From Hemiscyllium ocellatum (taxonomy: Eukaryota), in assembly GCF_020745735.1 (NCBI RefSeq), contig NC_083405.1:26874345-26938344 (forward strand): DNA of 64,000 nt, given 5' to 3'. Made by a program: the position numbers and the translations under genes. Below, piece after piece: positions 26,110 through 39,244 of the stretch. Every line of letters begins with the position of its first letter. Position 1 is the stretch's first letter. The notes below the pieces were generated by a model that ran no database searches, was not told the DNA's origin, and saw nothing but the letters and a program-made list of their open reading frames with translations.

Positions 26110-26705
26110 TCCTCCCACTTCCTCTAAACCAAAGCTGTAGCCATAGACACCTGCACGGGACCCAGCTATGCCTGCCTGTTTATCGGATATGTAGAACAGT
26201 CCAGCATCAGCACCATCTCTTCTCTCCTCTTTCCCCCCACCCCCCCAAAAAAAAACCTGTGCCTCCACTACATCGATGACTGACTGTTATTGGTGCAGCT
26301 TTGTGCTCCCAACGAGAAGGTTGAACAGTTCATCAACTTTACCAACACCTTTCACCCTGACCTCAAAATCACCTGGCCCATCTCAGCAACCTCCCTCTCC
26401 TTCCTGGATCTCTCTGTCACAGTCTCTAGTGATCGACTAACCACAGACATATGCTACAAGCCTACCGACTCCCACAGCTATTTAGACTACCTCCTCCCAC
26501 CCTACTTCCTGTAAAAATGCTATCCTTTATTCCCAATTCCTCTGCTGCATCTGTTCCCAGGGTGACTCCCTGCCACAGCAAGAAGCACAAACCCTGCATC
26601 CGCACAACTCTCCTTACCTCCGTCCAAGGCCCAAGGAATCCTTCCACATCTGTCAGAAATTCATCTGCACTTCTATCCAATGTCACCTATTGCACCCAGT
26701 GTTCA
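26110..26705 (+). mobile_element. Penelope-like (Neptune-type) RT/endonuclease remnant
   Basis: YIDD remnant (tacatcgatgac) and VEQFINFTNTFHPDLKITW...LSFLDL...YKPTDSHSYLDY. Confidence 0.8.
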
Positions 26706-26896
26706 GCATGGACTGGTCTGACTGAAGGGCTTGTTTCCATGCTGCATGATTCTGACTATCAAAAGAAACATTTCCTACCTGTTTGGTTTGTTTTTGCTAA
26801 CTGAATTTTCTAATGAAGTATTCTAATTTTCCTTTCATATCAACAGCTCAGTAATTCCTTGATTTTTATTTTAAATTCTGTCTAATCTTCCGACCT

Positions 26897-27096
26897 CGTG
26901 TGTTGCTGGGAAAACACAGCAGGTCAGGCAGCATCTGAGGAGCAGGAAAATCGACATTTTGGGCATAAGCCCTTCCTCAGGCTTATGCCCGAAATGTCGA
27001 TTCTCCTGCTCCTCGTATGTTGCCTGATCATCTGTGCTTTCCGAGCAACACGCTCTCGACTCTGATCTCCAGCATCTGCAGTTCTCACTTTCCCCT
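26897..27096. mobile_element. Palindromic Penelope-like pLTR mini-insertion
   Basis: Inverted arms meet at the hammerhead stem II. Imperfect 16-bp TSD at 26881-26896 and 27097-27112. Confidence 0.8.
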
Positions 27097-28443
27097 TCCA
27101 ATCTTCTGACCTGCCACCTACCTTTATACAATTGTCTTTGAGTTTGATACTATCCTTGACTTTTATTTTATTTAACCACAGGTGGCAGTTGTGACTTTGA
27201 ATTTTTTCTATTTGCTGGAACATATCTATTCAATGCTTTGTGAAATTTCCCATTAAATGTTTACCACTACACCTCTTTCACCTATCCTTAACCTAAATTG
27301 CCTGTTCACTTTCACGAGCTCTGAATTCATTTCCTTTTAATTATTCTTAAATACAAAGTCGTGGTCTTGGATGCACACTTCTCTCTCACAAACTGTATTT
27401 GAAATTCAGTTGCGTTGGGGTGCTTTCACTATTGAGTCAGTAATTCATTAGTCTGGTGCTGGTGAAAAACATGTAGCGTCTGTAGCCCCTCTTTTCCCTG
27501 TCACTGTTAGGACCCTGGTGTCTGTAGCCTTGCTCCTGAACCTGCAGCCCCAATCAATCCAGCCTCAGCCTTGCTAACTCTTGCTGCTCACCTTACTGCT
27601 CCAGTCACAGGTTACTTTTCCCCTATCATTTCTGCTGATGGTCTATCTGTAGCAAATATAGGAGAAAAGCAACCTGTGATTGTCCATTCCTCTTCTTTGT
27701 GATTAAATTTTTCTTGTGTGTCTAGCAAGATTTTAGCGAGCTTATCTGATGCCTTCACATGAATGCATCCTTCTCCTGTTTTGTTGTGTTTTTATCAGTT
27801 TGACATTTAACAGGCAGCTTTGTGTTGAAGGCCTTATGCTCACCTGGTGTTATGCCGCAACAAAATTTCAAGTAGACTTTAAAGGTTCTTCTTTGCATTT
27901 ATTATAACCTGATAGGTGATCATTTTATAAATGAGCCTTTTATGGATTCATGATTTTAAGGCAAAATGACTAAAAGTACTGAATTAGCATGATGGTGATT
28001 TGTTTCTAACTTCCTGTTTGTGAAACAACTTTGTAATATAAAGAGCATCTTTGGATGCTTTCTGTTTTGAATTGGCCATCAAAGTATAAATGCAATTTGC
28101 TTTCTGAAACAGTCACATTGGATTCAATACTAACTATTGTTCCATTTACAAACGTGCAAGAACTGTTAAATTACTCCAGCACTTTGTCCTTTATTTGGGT
28201 AGCTTGTGCCATTACAGTTGCCAATTTATTCTGGGAACCTGAGCTCTGTCAGAGTCTGGGTACTCATGCAGCCAGGATAAAAGTGACATTGTGAATTCAA
28301 TCTGAGTGATGAGAAAGGGATTCTGAGGGAACTGTCAGATATTAACAGTTTGCAACTTAGTTTGGTGTATGAATAGCTCGATTAAATGGAGCTTGATTTC
28401 AGAAAGTTGCCTTCAGATGTCTTGTTTCACTGATTTTATGTAA

Positions 28444-28599
<156 letters not shown>

Positions 28600-29286
28600 C
28601 TCTGTGTGCATTAAATTTAAAGGAAGTTCTGGCAAGGTTTTGCGTATTCATGTTCAGAAGTACTGTTATTGTCAAATTTAAAAATCTGCACCCGAAATAT
28701 CAAGTTCACCATCTGTTTAATGCCCTTTGACTGCAAGGTGAATTTCAGCTGGCTGGTTTATGCATTGAGAACATTTGTTACATTTACTTGGGATATATTG
28801 ATTAAATGCATAAATATCAAATGTATTTTTGGTCCTTTTATTGACAGTAATAAGGTTACCTTGACTGTTTTGCCAGAAAAATTGTGCACGTTAATGGACA
28901 GCTTGTTTGCGATCTGTCTTTCAAATCCACGATTAAATTGCAGTCACCCCAATTTGAATCGCTTTGATATGAACCTGTTTGCTTATATTGTTGACATTTA
29001 AGAAAGCTGAACTGCAAGTGGACACATGACACATTAAGACTACATCTGGACAAATGATCAGTCAGTTTCCAACTTGCAGAATATTTGGCTTAGCAACATA
29101 TTATGGCTATTTTAATTATTTTAATTATATCCTATTTCTAATGTTACTGTAATGTTTTGTTGGCAGTTTATGGAAATGTGGTTTCAAAGTATCATTAGCC
29201 ATGTACTATTGCTCTGGAGTTACTATTAACTCAGGTTTTTTTGAATGGATTAAACAACCAAGAAACTGATCAGGCACTTCATATTC

Positions 29287-29292
29287 AATAAA
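29287..29292 (+). terminator. Candidate proximal CBX3 poly(A) signal AATAAA
   Basis: AATAAA about 690 nt after the stop codon, in repeat-free AT-rich 3' UTR. Confidence 0.4.
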
Positions 29293-29647
29293 TTTGCTGT
29301 TGAAATGCTGAATTGAAACTTAGGTACTTGATCAAGTTGCTAAGTGCCATTTGACAGTCACTTGTGTATTACAGCCTGTAACTATTGTGAAGTTGACTCT
29401 GTTCAAGCTTATAAATGATATGATCATGAAGTAGCTAATCAGTCAAAACAATTCTGCTCGAATATTGAGCTAATGCAGCAGTTTGTTCTCCAATGTGACC
29501 AGTTCTGCAATACATAAGTTGGTTTTGAAATCTGAGTTATTTTATTTATAAATTTAGACTTAAGCAATGTTTTTGTTGAATCCTTGTACTGCCCAGTTTC
29601 TTCTGTAATGTTTTCACTTTCTTGTTGACTGCTGAGGGAAAATGTTT

Positions 29648-29653
29648 AATAAA
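29648..29653 (+). terminator. Candidate distal CBX3 poly(A) signal AATAAA
   Basis: AATAAA followed by a T/GT-rich tract (tttttgtctttttgagt). Repeat insertions resume shortly downstream. Confidence 0.55.
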
Positions 29654-29854
29654 ACTATTTTTGTCTTTTTGAGTATAAATTTTGATCTTTTTACCCTGTG
29701 ACATATGATCAAGTATCCCAAGCTGAAGATGAAATTACTGATTAGACCAAAGTACTGATAAGTACAAGGATAGATTATTGGCACTGTCTAATGCATTTTA
29801 CACTTTCCAGATATGCATTTCATTTCAATTGGCATTAACATGAAGGTAGCTGGT

Positions 29855-30033
29855 AAAAACAATGACTGCAGATGCTGGAAACTAGATTCTGGATTAGTGA
29901 TGCTGCAAGAGCACAGCAGTTCAGGCAGCATCCAAGGAGCAGCGAAATCGACATTTTCGGGCCCGAAACGTCGATTTCGCTGCTCCTTGGATGCTGCCTG
30001 AACTGCTGTGCTCTTCCAGCACCCTAATCCAGA
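29855..30033. mobile_element. Palindromic Penelope-like pLTR mini-insertion
   Basis: Near-perfect hairpin centred on ttcgggcccgaa. 15-bp TSD ATGAAGGTAGCTGGT at 29840-29854 and 30034-30048. Confidence 0.85.
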
Positions 30034-31579
30034 ATGAAGGTAGCTGGTGAAATTCTGTACCAGCATGCTCTTTTGCACTTCGCTAATCTGCAAGAAAGTT
30101 TTGCAGGTGATCTGTTATATTAGTGATCCTGAATAAATGGTTCCTGTCAGATCAGGAATGGTAAAGTAGAATGGACAAGCATGAAATGGCAAAAGTTTGT
30201 TGGATCGTGACTAACTACTTATTTTTCCCAAAAAAACCAACACTTTGATAGTCTTCAGGACGATTAGACTTAGACTATCTCAAAGGGTTTTGTCAAATCA
30301 CTTTACTGTGATTTGAGTTTGATATTGACCAGATTATCATTTTGCAATGTTAATCGAAGAATAAATATTGACTAGGGGGCAACTCTTAACTGTCTTCAAA
30401 ATCATCTCTCAAGATCATAGCAATTCCATTTAATGTCTCATTTTAAAAAAAACTCTAATGCAATATTATTTCCCATACTAGAATATAACTTTTTTTTCAT
30501 GCTAGAGCCCAGAAGTAAGCTGTCAACCCAGAAACTAATTCACAAACAAGTATAGTGCAAGCTGAGGCACAATTGCAAGGTGACCTGGTGTATATAAAAA
30601 AAAACAAACTTTTTTTTTCACAAAGAAAAGAATTGAGAGTAAAACAAAATCTTTTGAAGTGATGGCCTTTAAGCATAGGCTTTGTGATTCAGATTGTCAG
30701 CTTGGTGAATGTTTGAATATCTTCCGTCCTGTAGGCATGGAGGGCAGAGGGAAGATGATTTGAAGCGATAGAAGGTCTTAGGAGTAGAAATGAGTATTTC
30801 GTTTTGATAACAAGACAGTGGTACAAAGTGGAAATCAAGCCACCTTAGTTTGTATTTTGGTAATGATTTGTAGCTTGGTCACAGCTCAAAAGTTATATAG
30901 AAAATTTGTAAAGTCATTTAGTATTAATGATGTCTGTTGTGAGCACAGGTCCCAAAACAATGCCGGCAAACATTCAGAATCAAGAAGATGAATTTTGTGG
31001 CTCTGACCAGAATAGTTTTGTCTCCACCAGGTGCATCAAATCAGTCTGGCTGTCCTGTTTGAAAGATTATTTTTCAAAAATTAATTTTCCTTGTAATGAC
31101 TTAATTCAGACCTTTTCACATTAAATATCAGGATCTTGAGCCTTCATGTCTATTGGGGCCTATCCCACATGTTACAAAGTCATATGAGGTATCCAGTGGA
31201 AATGCCTCCTCTAGTTAAGGAAAGCAGATGGGCTCTCAAAGCTGGTCACTTAGAGATTTGCTCTAATAGTCACCAGTGTTTCCAATGACCTTTTTTCAGA
31301 TTTTTTTTCTAATCCACCAGTTAAGAGATGGTATTAGACACTCTGGAGCAGATGGGACTTGAATCCAGGCCTCTTCATCTGAGGTAGGATCATTACCAAT
31401 ACATCACAGAAACCTTCCTAACTGTGTCTATACCAGTGCACATATCAGTAATCGTCGTTTCCATTGTAGGAAGGGATGGGCAGATTTGTAACCAAGCACT
31501 TGGATAGGACCAAGGGCTACACAGAATAAATCAATTGGATAGACTGTTATGAGTTATTGGCAGGAAGGGCAAATGAGAT

Positions 31580-32050
31580 TGAATGGGGATGTTGTACACC
31601 CTGGAGTTGTTCAGGGAGAGGTGGGTGCCGCAGGGAGTGGAGTGCATCATTTCCCCCTCCAACGCTATTTTAGTTTAGTCCTTGCCCTCCCCTTCACTGT
31701 TTTGATCACACAGCATTGCCCTTTGATGTGAAGGGCACTGCTTGTCACAGGCCACGTGGGTGTTTTCCTACTTTTTCCTGGTGGTGGAAATTGAATAAAG
31801 ATTTGTACACCTTGTCTCTCACTGTCTCACACCTGCACACACACACACCATGGGTGCTGGGGATAAAAATAATAAGCACTACCGCAGTTAGGCGGTAGTG
31901 TGGGGGTTAATGAAAAAAAAGAAAAAAAAATTAACAGGTGATTGTGAAGGGCACTGCTTGTCGCTGGCCACTTGGGTGTTTCCTTTCTGCCTGGTGGTGG
32001 AAATCGAATAAAGATTTGTGCACTGTGTGAAAAAAAGAATAAAAAAATCA
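31580..32050 (+). mobile_element. Tx1/L1-like LINE 3' end with duplicated poly(A)-signal block
   Basis: Reading frame TLELFRERWVPQGVECIISPSNAILV* at ~31597-31678, an ~85-bp direct repeat containing AATAAA, an A-rich tail, and a possible TSD AAATGAGA (31571, 32052). Confidence 0.55.
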
Positions 32051-32499
32051 TAAATGAGAACTAGCTCCCACAAGTGAAAGAGTTCAAAGATTTAACAGAA
32101 AGCAGTACAAGGAGCTGCACAAACTAAGAAAGGTTTGGGATCTACCACAATGGGAAAGTAGGTGCAGGAACGAACAGGTTGAGATAGCCATTGTAGAAAA
32201 TAAGATCTACAGTTACACCCAGTGTACTCTAGGCCTTATCCAGATAACAAATCTGCCCAGCCCTTCCAGATCTCCTGGATGGCATTATTAAGCAGTATTC
32301 AACCAAAATTTGTCATTCAACTGTCTCATGTTGGAAAGGCTTCCAGCCACATTGATTGGCATTATTGACCAATTTACAATGGTTTTTTTCCTGACTCTGC
32401 TGAGAAGTCCTGCAAAATTAACTATAACTGCTTGTTTGGTCATTTGGTCAAGGCTGGGACCTTGATTGGTCTTTGTATTATTTTAGCATTGTTGACAGT

Positions 32500-32600
32500 T
32501 TTGAGGAAGGGTGACTGGACCTGAAACGGTAACTCTGATTCTCTCCACAGATACTGCCAGACCTGCTGAGCTTTTCCTGCAATCTCTAGTTTTATTACTG
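32500..32600 (+). mobile_element. Penelope-like pLTR fragment (older family) with degenerate hammerhead
   Basis: ttgaggaagggtgactggacctgaaacggtaac...gccagacctgctgag, homologous to 35520-35640. Confidence 0.65.
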
Positions 32601-32739
32601 ACAAGTGTTTTGTTTTGTCTCGTCCCATTCCTTGCTGCCACCAGCATCTGCCAATATTCCTGAACATATCTTCCTTCCCACACGGGTGAGCATATTGGTA
32701 GTATATTTCAATGAACTTATGCTGAATGCATAAGTAACC

Positions 32740-33010
32740 AACCCTTCAAAGAGCAGGCCACCCAGACCCACCCCATCCCTGTAACCTTGCATTTCCTGTC
32801 GCTAATCCAGTGAGTGTGCACTTCCGTGGACACTATGGGCAATTTAGCCCGGCCAGTCCACCTAACCTGCACAATTTTGAACTATGGGAAGAAACTGAAG
32901 CACTAAGAGGAAATCCACACAGACATAGGGAGAATGTTCAAACTCTACACTCATCCGTGGATGGAAATAAACCCAGGTCCCTGGTGCTATGAGGCAGCAG
33001 TGCTAACCAT
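32740..33010 (-). mobile_element. HE1-type SINE (degenerate)
   Basis: Reverse complement of the HE1 body, ending gaggcagcagtgctaacca. Confidence 0.75.
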
Positions 33011-34065
33011 TAAGACATCGTACTGCCAAAATGATTTACATCATTGTCAGAGTAGTCTTCAGGATCACCCATGCAGTGCAGCATATAGTTATTGGACAGA
33101 TCACAGATTAACCAAAGCAATTCTCAATCTGCTAATAGCTCCAACTCAGTACAAGTGACCAAAGTTTATTCAAGTTTCTTTCAAATGATCTGAGTAATGT
33201 CACTTAGGGCTGAAGGTGACACGGTGGCTCAGTGATTCTGGTTGGAATGCTCTTTGGAGGGATGGTGCGGACTCGATGGACCAACTGGCCTCTTTCTTTA
33301 CTGTAGGAATTCTATGACCACTCCTAGTTTTCAACTGCAAGGGCTAGGATTCTCTTTAGGTGAAACCCAATCCTTTGATATGGAAGTGGACAGCAGTGAA
33401 TCAGCTGGATTGCACCTCCACCAATCCCCCAGTATAACTGAAGAACTTAATAATTGAAAATCACAGTTCATGGCTAATGCAGTGAGATACCAGAAAGTGC
33501 AAATAACTAAGGAATCCAATCATAAGCGAGGAGAGAACTTGATAAATTAAGTTCAGTCAAAGAATGTGCAGGTTGTCGATTTCTGTGATAGATTTCAACT
33601 TGTTTTTAATAGATATTTATAAGCAACAGCTCTTAGAATTGCTTAATATTGACTCAAAGTGCCCAAAAGAGTTGCCTTTCCTTCCACAATGGAGATACAC
33701 ATGAAAAGGTGACACTTTTATTTATAAATGTTTTACTTTTTTATTGTTTACTTTCTTTTGTTGCTCAGCAAGACAAGGAGCGACAATTGTAAATTGGTCA
33801 TGGTTGGAAAAAAGGGCCTGACCTGTCCTTTCCATCCACCAGCTGGTCAAACTTTTCCTCGCTCTGAACAACCTCTCTGTTAACTCCACTCACTTTCATT
33901 AGGCCAAAGATCTGGCCATGGGCCCCAATAATGCCTGACACTTTGTGGGGTACATGGAACCTTCCCTGTTCCAGTCCTACTTTAGTCCTCACCTACAACT
34001 CTTTCACTGATACACTGATTAATCATTGGTGCTGCTTCCTGCTCTTGTCTGGAATTAGAAAGGTT

Positions 34066-34496
34066 CTGCCTCGGAACACTTCAACCCCAGGGCATCAATG
34101 TGGACTTCACCAGTTTCCTCATTTCCCCTTCCCCCACCTTACCCCAGTTCCAACCTTCAGCTCAGCACCGTCCTCATTAACATGTCCTACCTGCCAATCT
34201 CTCTTCCAATCTATCCACTCCACCCTTCTCTCTGACCTATCACCTCCATCCCCACCCCCATTCACCTATTGTACTCTTTGCTACCTTTTCCCCAGCAGCT
34301 CCCCCCCCCCCCCCCCCCCCTTCAACCTCACTTATCTCTCCACCCTGGAGGCTCTCTGCCTCCATTCCTGATGAAGGGCTTTTACCCGAAACGTCGATTT
34401 TCCTGCTCCTCGGATGCTGCCTGACCTGCTGTGCTTTTCCAGCATCACTCTAGTCTAAACTCTGGTTTTCAGCATCTGCAGTCCTCACTTCTGCCT
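34066..34496 (+). mobile_element. Younger Penelope-like 3' fragment/pLTR nested in an older PLE, with intact hammerhead core
   Basis: TSD AATT(A/G)GAAAGGTT at 34053-34065 and 34497-34509. CTGATGA at 34368 through GAAACGTC ending 34395. Confidence 0.8.
34364..34399 (+). ncRNA. Minimal type I hammerhead ribozyme motif (PLE-type)
   Basis: attcCTGATGAagggcttttacccGAAAcgtc|gatt: intact core, short stem II, palindromic ACGT in place of stem III. Confidence 0.7.
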
Positions 34497-35709
34497 AATT
34501 GGAAAGGTTTATCAATTTCGCTTCCAATTTCAACTCCTCTCTCACCTTCATCTGGTCCATCTCTGACTCCTCCCTCCCCTTCCTCAACATCTCTGTATCC
34601 ATTTGTGGGGATAGGCTGGCCACCAGTATCCACTGCAAACTCACTAACTCCCACAGATACCTTTACTATACCTCTTCACTCCCTGCTTCCTGTAAAGGTT
34701 CTATTCCATTCTCCTAGTTCCTCCATTTCTGTTGCATCTTTTTGATAATGCCAACTTCAGTAAGGACACATCTGAAATGTCCACTTTCTTCTTCAAATGA
34801 GGATTCCCCAGCACTGTAGTTGACAGGGCCCTCAATGGGTCTGATCCTAACTTACACCTTCACCCCCTCTTCCCTTTCACAACAGCGATAGAGTATTCCT
34901 TTGTCCTTGCCTACCATCCCACCAACATCCACATTTACCTCCTCCCTCCTCAGTATCCAAGGCCCCAAACATACCTTCCAGATGCAGCAGTACTTTACCT
35001 GCACTTCTCTCAATCTAGTCTATTGCGTTCACTGCTCACATTGTGGTGTCCTCGACTTCGGAGCAATGAAGCATAGATTGGATAACCACTTCACAGAACC
35101 TCTAAATTCTGCCTGCAAAAAAGACCCTGAGCTTCCAGTTGCTTGTCGCTTTAACATACCAACCTGTTCCCTGGCCAATATCCCCATCTCAGGCTTGTTA
35201 CAGTGCTCCAGTGAACCTCAGCACAAACTGGAAGAACAACACCTCATTTTCCACTTTGGAACTCTACAGCCTTCTGGAATCAATATTGAGGCACCTTATT
35301 CCAACCCCCACACATCAAGCCTGGTCTGTTATTACGCACAACACATTATTATCCACAAATAGTCACCATTAATAGTTATTCATTCCCCCAGACTGATTTT
35401 TATCCACACCTTTGTCTATCCGACTGTTTTTCTCTCTCTTTGGACTTTATCTCCACCTATTGTTTACTCATTCCCCCTATCTTCTGCATAAAAGCAAATT
35501 TTTCCTCGCTACTATCAGAGCTGAGGAAGGGTCACCGGACCTGAAATATTAACACTGATTTCTCTTTGCAGATGCTGCCAGACCTGCTGAATTTTTCCAG
35601 CAATTCTGTTTTTGTTTCTGATTTACAGTATCTAGAGTTCTTTTGGCTTTTATGTAGAATCAGTAAATGTGTTTTGTTCTGAGAACTCATGGTGTAACTT
35701 GATTGAAGA

Positions 35710-36797
35710 TAAAAGCAGAGGAGGGCAGTGCAGTAGACGTTGTCTATATATACTTTAGCAAGGCCTTTGCCAAGGTAGGTTGTTGAGTGTGGTTAAATCT
35801 CACAGGATCCAGGGAGAGCTAGCCAATTGGATGTATAAATGGATAAGAATTTAGGAGTTATAATTACAGTAATAGGTTTATGGACAAAACCAAAGTTGGT
35901 GGTGTAGTGGACAGTGAAGAAGGTTATCTGGGAATACAGTGAGACCTTGATCAACTGGGCCAGTGGTCTGAGGATTGGTAGATGGGAGCTTAATTCAGAT
36001 AAATACGAGGTATTGCATTTTGGTAGGTCAAACCAGGGCAGGACCTACACAATCAATGGAAAGGCCATGGGGAGTGTTATAAAACAAGGAGATCAAAGGG
36101 TATAGGTTCGTAGTTCCTTGAAAATGGAATCACAGGTAGACAGGGCAGTGAAGAAGGCTTTCAATATGCTTGCTTTCATTGCTCAGAGCATTGAATACAG
36201 GAGATGAGACCTATTGTTGCAGCTGTACAAAATGTTGGTGAGGCCACATTTGGAGTACTGCATGCAGTTCTGGTCGCTCTGCTGCAGAAAAGGGATTATT
36301 AAACTAGAAAGAGAACAGGAAAAATTGACTAGGATGCAACCTGGGCTTGAAGATTTCAGTTATAAGGAAAGGTTGGATAGGCTGGGACATTTTTTTCACT
36401 GGGACATAGGAGACTGAGGGGTAACATAATCGAGGACGATAAAATCATGAGAGGCACAGGTAAGGTAGATAGTCAACAGCTTTTCCCCATGGTAGGGGAA
36501 TCTAAAATCAGAGGGCGTAGGTTAAAGGTGAGAGGGCAGATATACAAAAGGATCCAGAGGGGCAATTTTTTCACACAGAGGGTGGTGAGTGACTGAAAGG
36601 GACTGCCACAGTAGTGGTGGAAGCAAATACAACTTTGTCATTTAAGAAATATGTAGATAGGCCTATGAGTGGGAAAGGTATGGAGGAATAGGGACCAAAT
36701 GTGGGCAAATGTGACTAGTTTAATTGTGAAAACTGGGTAGCATGGTCAAGTTGGGCCGAAGGGTCTGTTTCCATGCTGTGGAACTCTATAACTCTAT
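35710..36797 (+). mobile_element. CR1 LINE 3' fragment
   Basis: RT remnants (DVVYIYFSKAF; LYKMLVRPHLEYCMQFWS) and CR1 tail ctctataactctatg. Confidence 0.85.
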
Positions 36798-36966
36798 GTT
36801 ACTTTTAGTGAAGGAAAATGCAGATAAGCTGAGTACTTTAAGGATAAAGTTTGGATTAGAAAAAATAATTTTTGGGAACTATAACAGAAATAACATTGGA
36901 TACAGTTTAAGGAAAAGACAGCTGCAGGATCTTTTAAGTTCATTTGATTGAATGGTTGAAGCATTT

Positions 36967-37146
36967 CAGGCAGCATCTGAGGAGGAGGAAAATCGATGTT
37001 TCAGGGAAAAGCCCTTCATTCCTGATAAAGGGCTTTTGCCTGAAACATCGATTTTCCTGGTCCTCGGATGCTGCCTGACCTGCTGTGCTTTTCCAGCACC
37101 ACACTGTTGATTCTAATCTTCAGCGTCTGCAGTCCTCACTTTTACC
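36967..37146. mobile_element. Palindromic Penelope-like pLTR mini-insertion
   Basis: Inverted arms meet at cccttcattcctgataaaggg. Imperfect 14-bp TSD at 36953-36966 and 37147-37160. Confidence 0.8.
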
Positions 37147-37419
37147 TGGTTAATGCATTTATCTGCATATGCTGTTCATTGAGAATTAGCAACATTTTTT
37201 GTAACAGAATGTCATTGAGAGAATAAAGCCCTAAGTGCAGACAAGACCATCACATATCCACATCTTCAAGTGAAGTGGAGAGAAGAAATTAAATCTTGAG
37301 AAACAAATTGAAATGTCAGGTACAGATGAACACATGGTGTGATATTGTACTCAACAGCCTAACATTTACATAGACAATAGTTAAGCTTTTGGGATACTTT
37401 TTTAATATTTACTTATATT

Positions 37420-37730
37420 GGTGGCACCATGGCTCAGTGGTTAGCACTGCTGTCTCACAGCACCAGGAATCCAGGTTTGATTCCAGCCTCAGGCGGCTGT
37501 CTGTGTGGAGTTTGCAACATTCTCCCCGTGTCTACATGGGTTCCCTCCGGGTGCTCCGGTTTCCTTCCACAATCCAAAAATGTGCAGGTTGGCTATGCTA
37601 AATTGCCCATAGTGTTCAGGTGCATTAGTCAGGGGAAATGTAAAGTAATAGGTTTGGGGAATGGATCTGGGTGGGATACTCTTCGGAGGGTCGGTGTGGA
37701 TTTGTTGGGCCACATGGCCTGTTTCCATAT
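37420..37730 (+). mobile_element. HE1-type SINE
   Basis: tggctcagtggttagcactgctg head and HE1 body. Confidence 0.85.
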
Positions 37731-38094
37731 GCTTCGACTTGCATATATGGTAATACAGTACTGGATGGGGTATATCACCTCAGGAAAATGAACATGTACA
37801 ACATGATACAGTAATTAGTGAATTAAGTGTGAACTGTCAGACTACCAGCAGAGGCAGCAGTGATAAAGTTTAAAGCAAATCAGAAGGGAATACACTACAT
37901 GCTGTTGAGGCCGCTAAGAAGGCAGTTACAAAAAGCCCTGATCAGGTGGTGGCAGCAGCAATTGAGGTGGGGGAAATAAATGTGGTGCATTTACATAGAG
38001 ATACAGAAGAAGAGAAAAAAAGCAATGGAAAAAATAAGATGTGGCAAAAAGGAGCCAAAGGCATCTGGTGAAGAGAGAGTAAGGGTGGTAGCAC

Positions 38095-38702
38095 CTCACT
38101 GCAAAATGAGTAGTCATGGGCACCCACATGGGTACCAGCTATGCCTGTCTCTTTGTCGGCTACGTAGAACAGTCCATCTTTTGGAGTTATACTGGCACCA
38201 CTCCCTACCTCTTCCTCCCCAACATTGATGACTGCATCGGCGCAACCTTGTGCTCCCACGAGGAGGTCGAACAGTTCATCAACTTCAGCAACACATTTCA
38301 CACCAACCTTAAATTCACCTGGACTATCTCTGACACCTCCCTCCCTTTCCTATACCTCTCCATTCCATTCATGAGGACCAACTCAACACTGACATTTTTT
38401 ACAAACCCATCGACTCCCACAGCTACTTGGATTACACGTCCTCCCACCCTACCTCCTACAAAAATGCTATCCTGGATTCCTGATTCCTCCGCCTCCGCCG
38501 CATCTGCTCCCAGGAAGACCAGTTCCACCACAGAACACACCAGCTGGCCTCCACCCCCGAGGCTCCCAGCCTCATTCCAGATGAAGGGCTCTGACCCGAA
38601 ACGTTGATTTTCCTGCTCCTCAAATGCTGCCTAACCTGCTGTGCTTTTCCAGCAACATACTCTCAATTCTGATCTCCAGCATCTGCACACCTCACTGTCT
38701 CG
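38095..38702 (+). mobile_element. Neptune-type Penelope-like RT fragment fused to pLTR
   Basis: ORF 38116: MGTHMGTSYACLFVGYVEQ...NIDDCIG...QFINFSNTFHTNLKFTW. Hammerhead with mutated core CAGATGA near 38578. Confidence 0.85.
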
Positions 38703-39244
38703 TAATCATTAAGAGAACCAGTTTGAGAGTGGGTCATAAATCTCATCAGGCCACAATAAAAGTAATTCAGTCAGACGTACGACACATTTTCTTTTGTAAC
38801 TTTAAATGCTTGAACACTTCTCTCTGAACAATCCTTAGATTGCTCAATCTTAGTGAAAGAAGCACCAGCTTAGCAAATTTGCTTTCATATCTGTAATCCT
38901 GCTCATACCTGAACCTGCACAATGAATCTACAGTATGCTTTATTCCTTTTTTATGTCTTTACTGCTTTTCTTGTAAAGAATGTTGACAATTACTCATAAC
39001 TCCCAACTATGGTCTGATTAAAACTGTAACATTTTAGATTATCACTCGCTATCTTTCTATTCCGTGGCTGTATATGAATATTTATTTTGAAAATGAAACT
39101 GTTTAAAATGAGTAAATTTTTTAATGTGATCAGAAACATGGTCCCTAAAATTTTACATTATTTCAGAAAAATCTCCCTCTATAATGTCAGTGAGGGACTA
39201 GCAAAATCCCCATCAAAATAAGCAAGACTAAGATTCATCTGAAA

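Larger units (their letters stand above)
33830..35645 (+). mobile_element. Degenerate Neptune-type Penelope-like retroelement (RT, GIY-YIG, pLTR), interrupted by a younger PLE 3' end
   Basis: ERFINFASNFNSSLTFIWSISDSSLPFL (RT) and FTCTSLNLVYCVHCSHCG...KLEEQHLIFHFGTLQPSGINIE (CxxC-type GIY-YIG). Hammerhead-like ctgaggaagggtcaccggacctgaaa at 35521. Confidence 0.8.
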
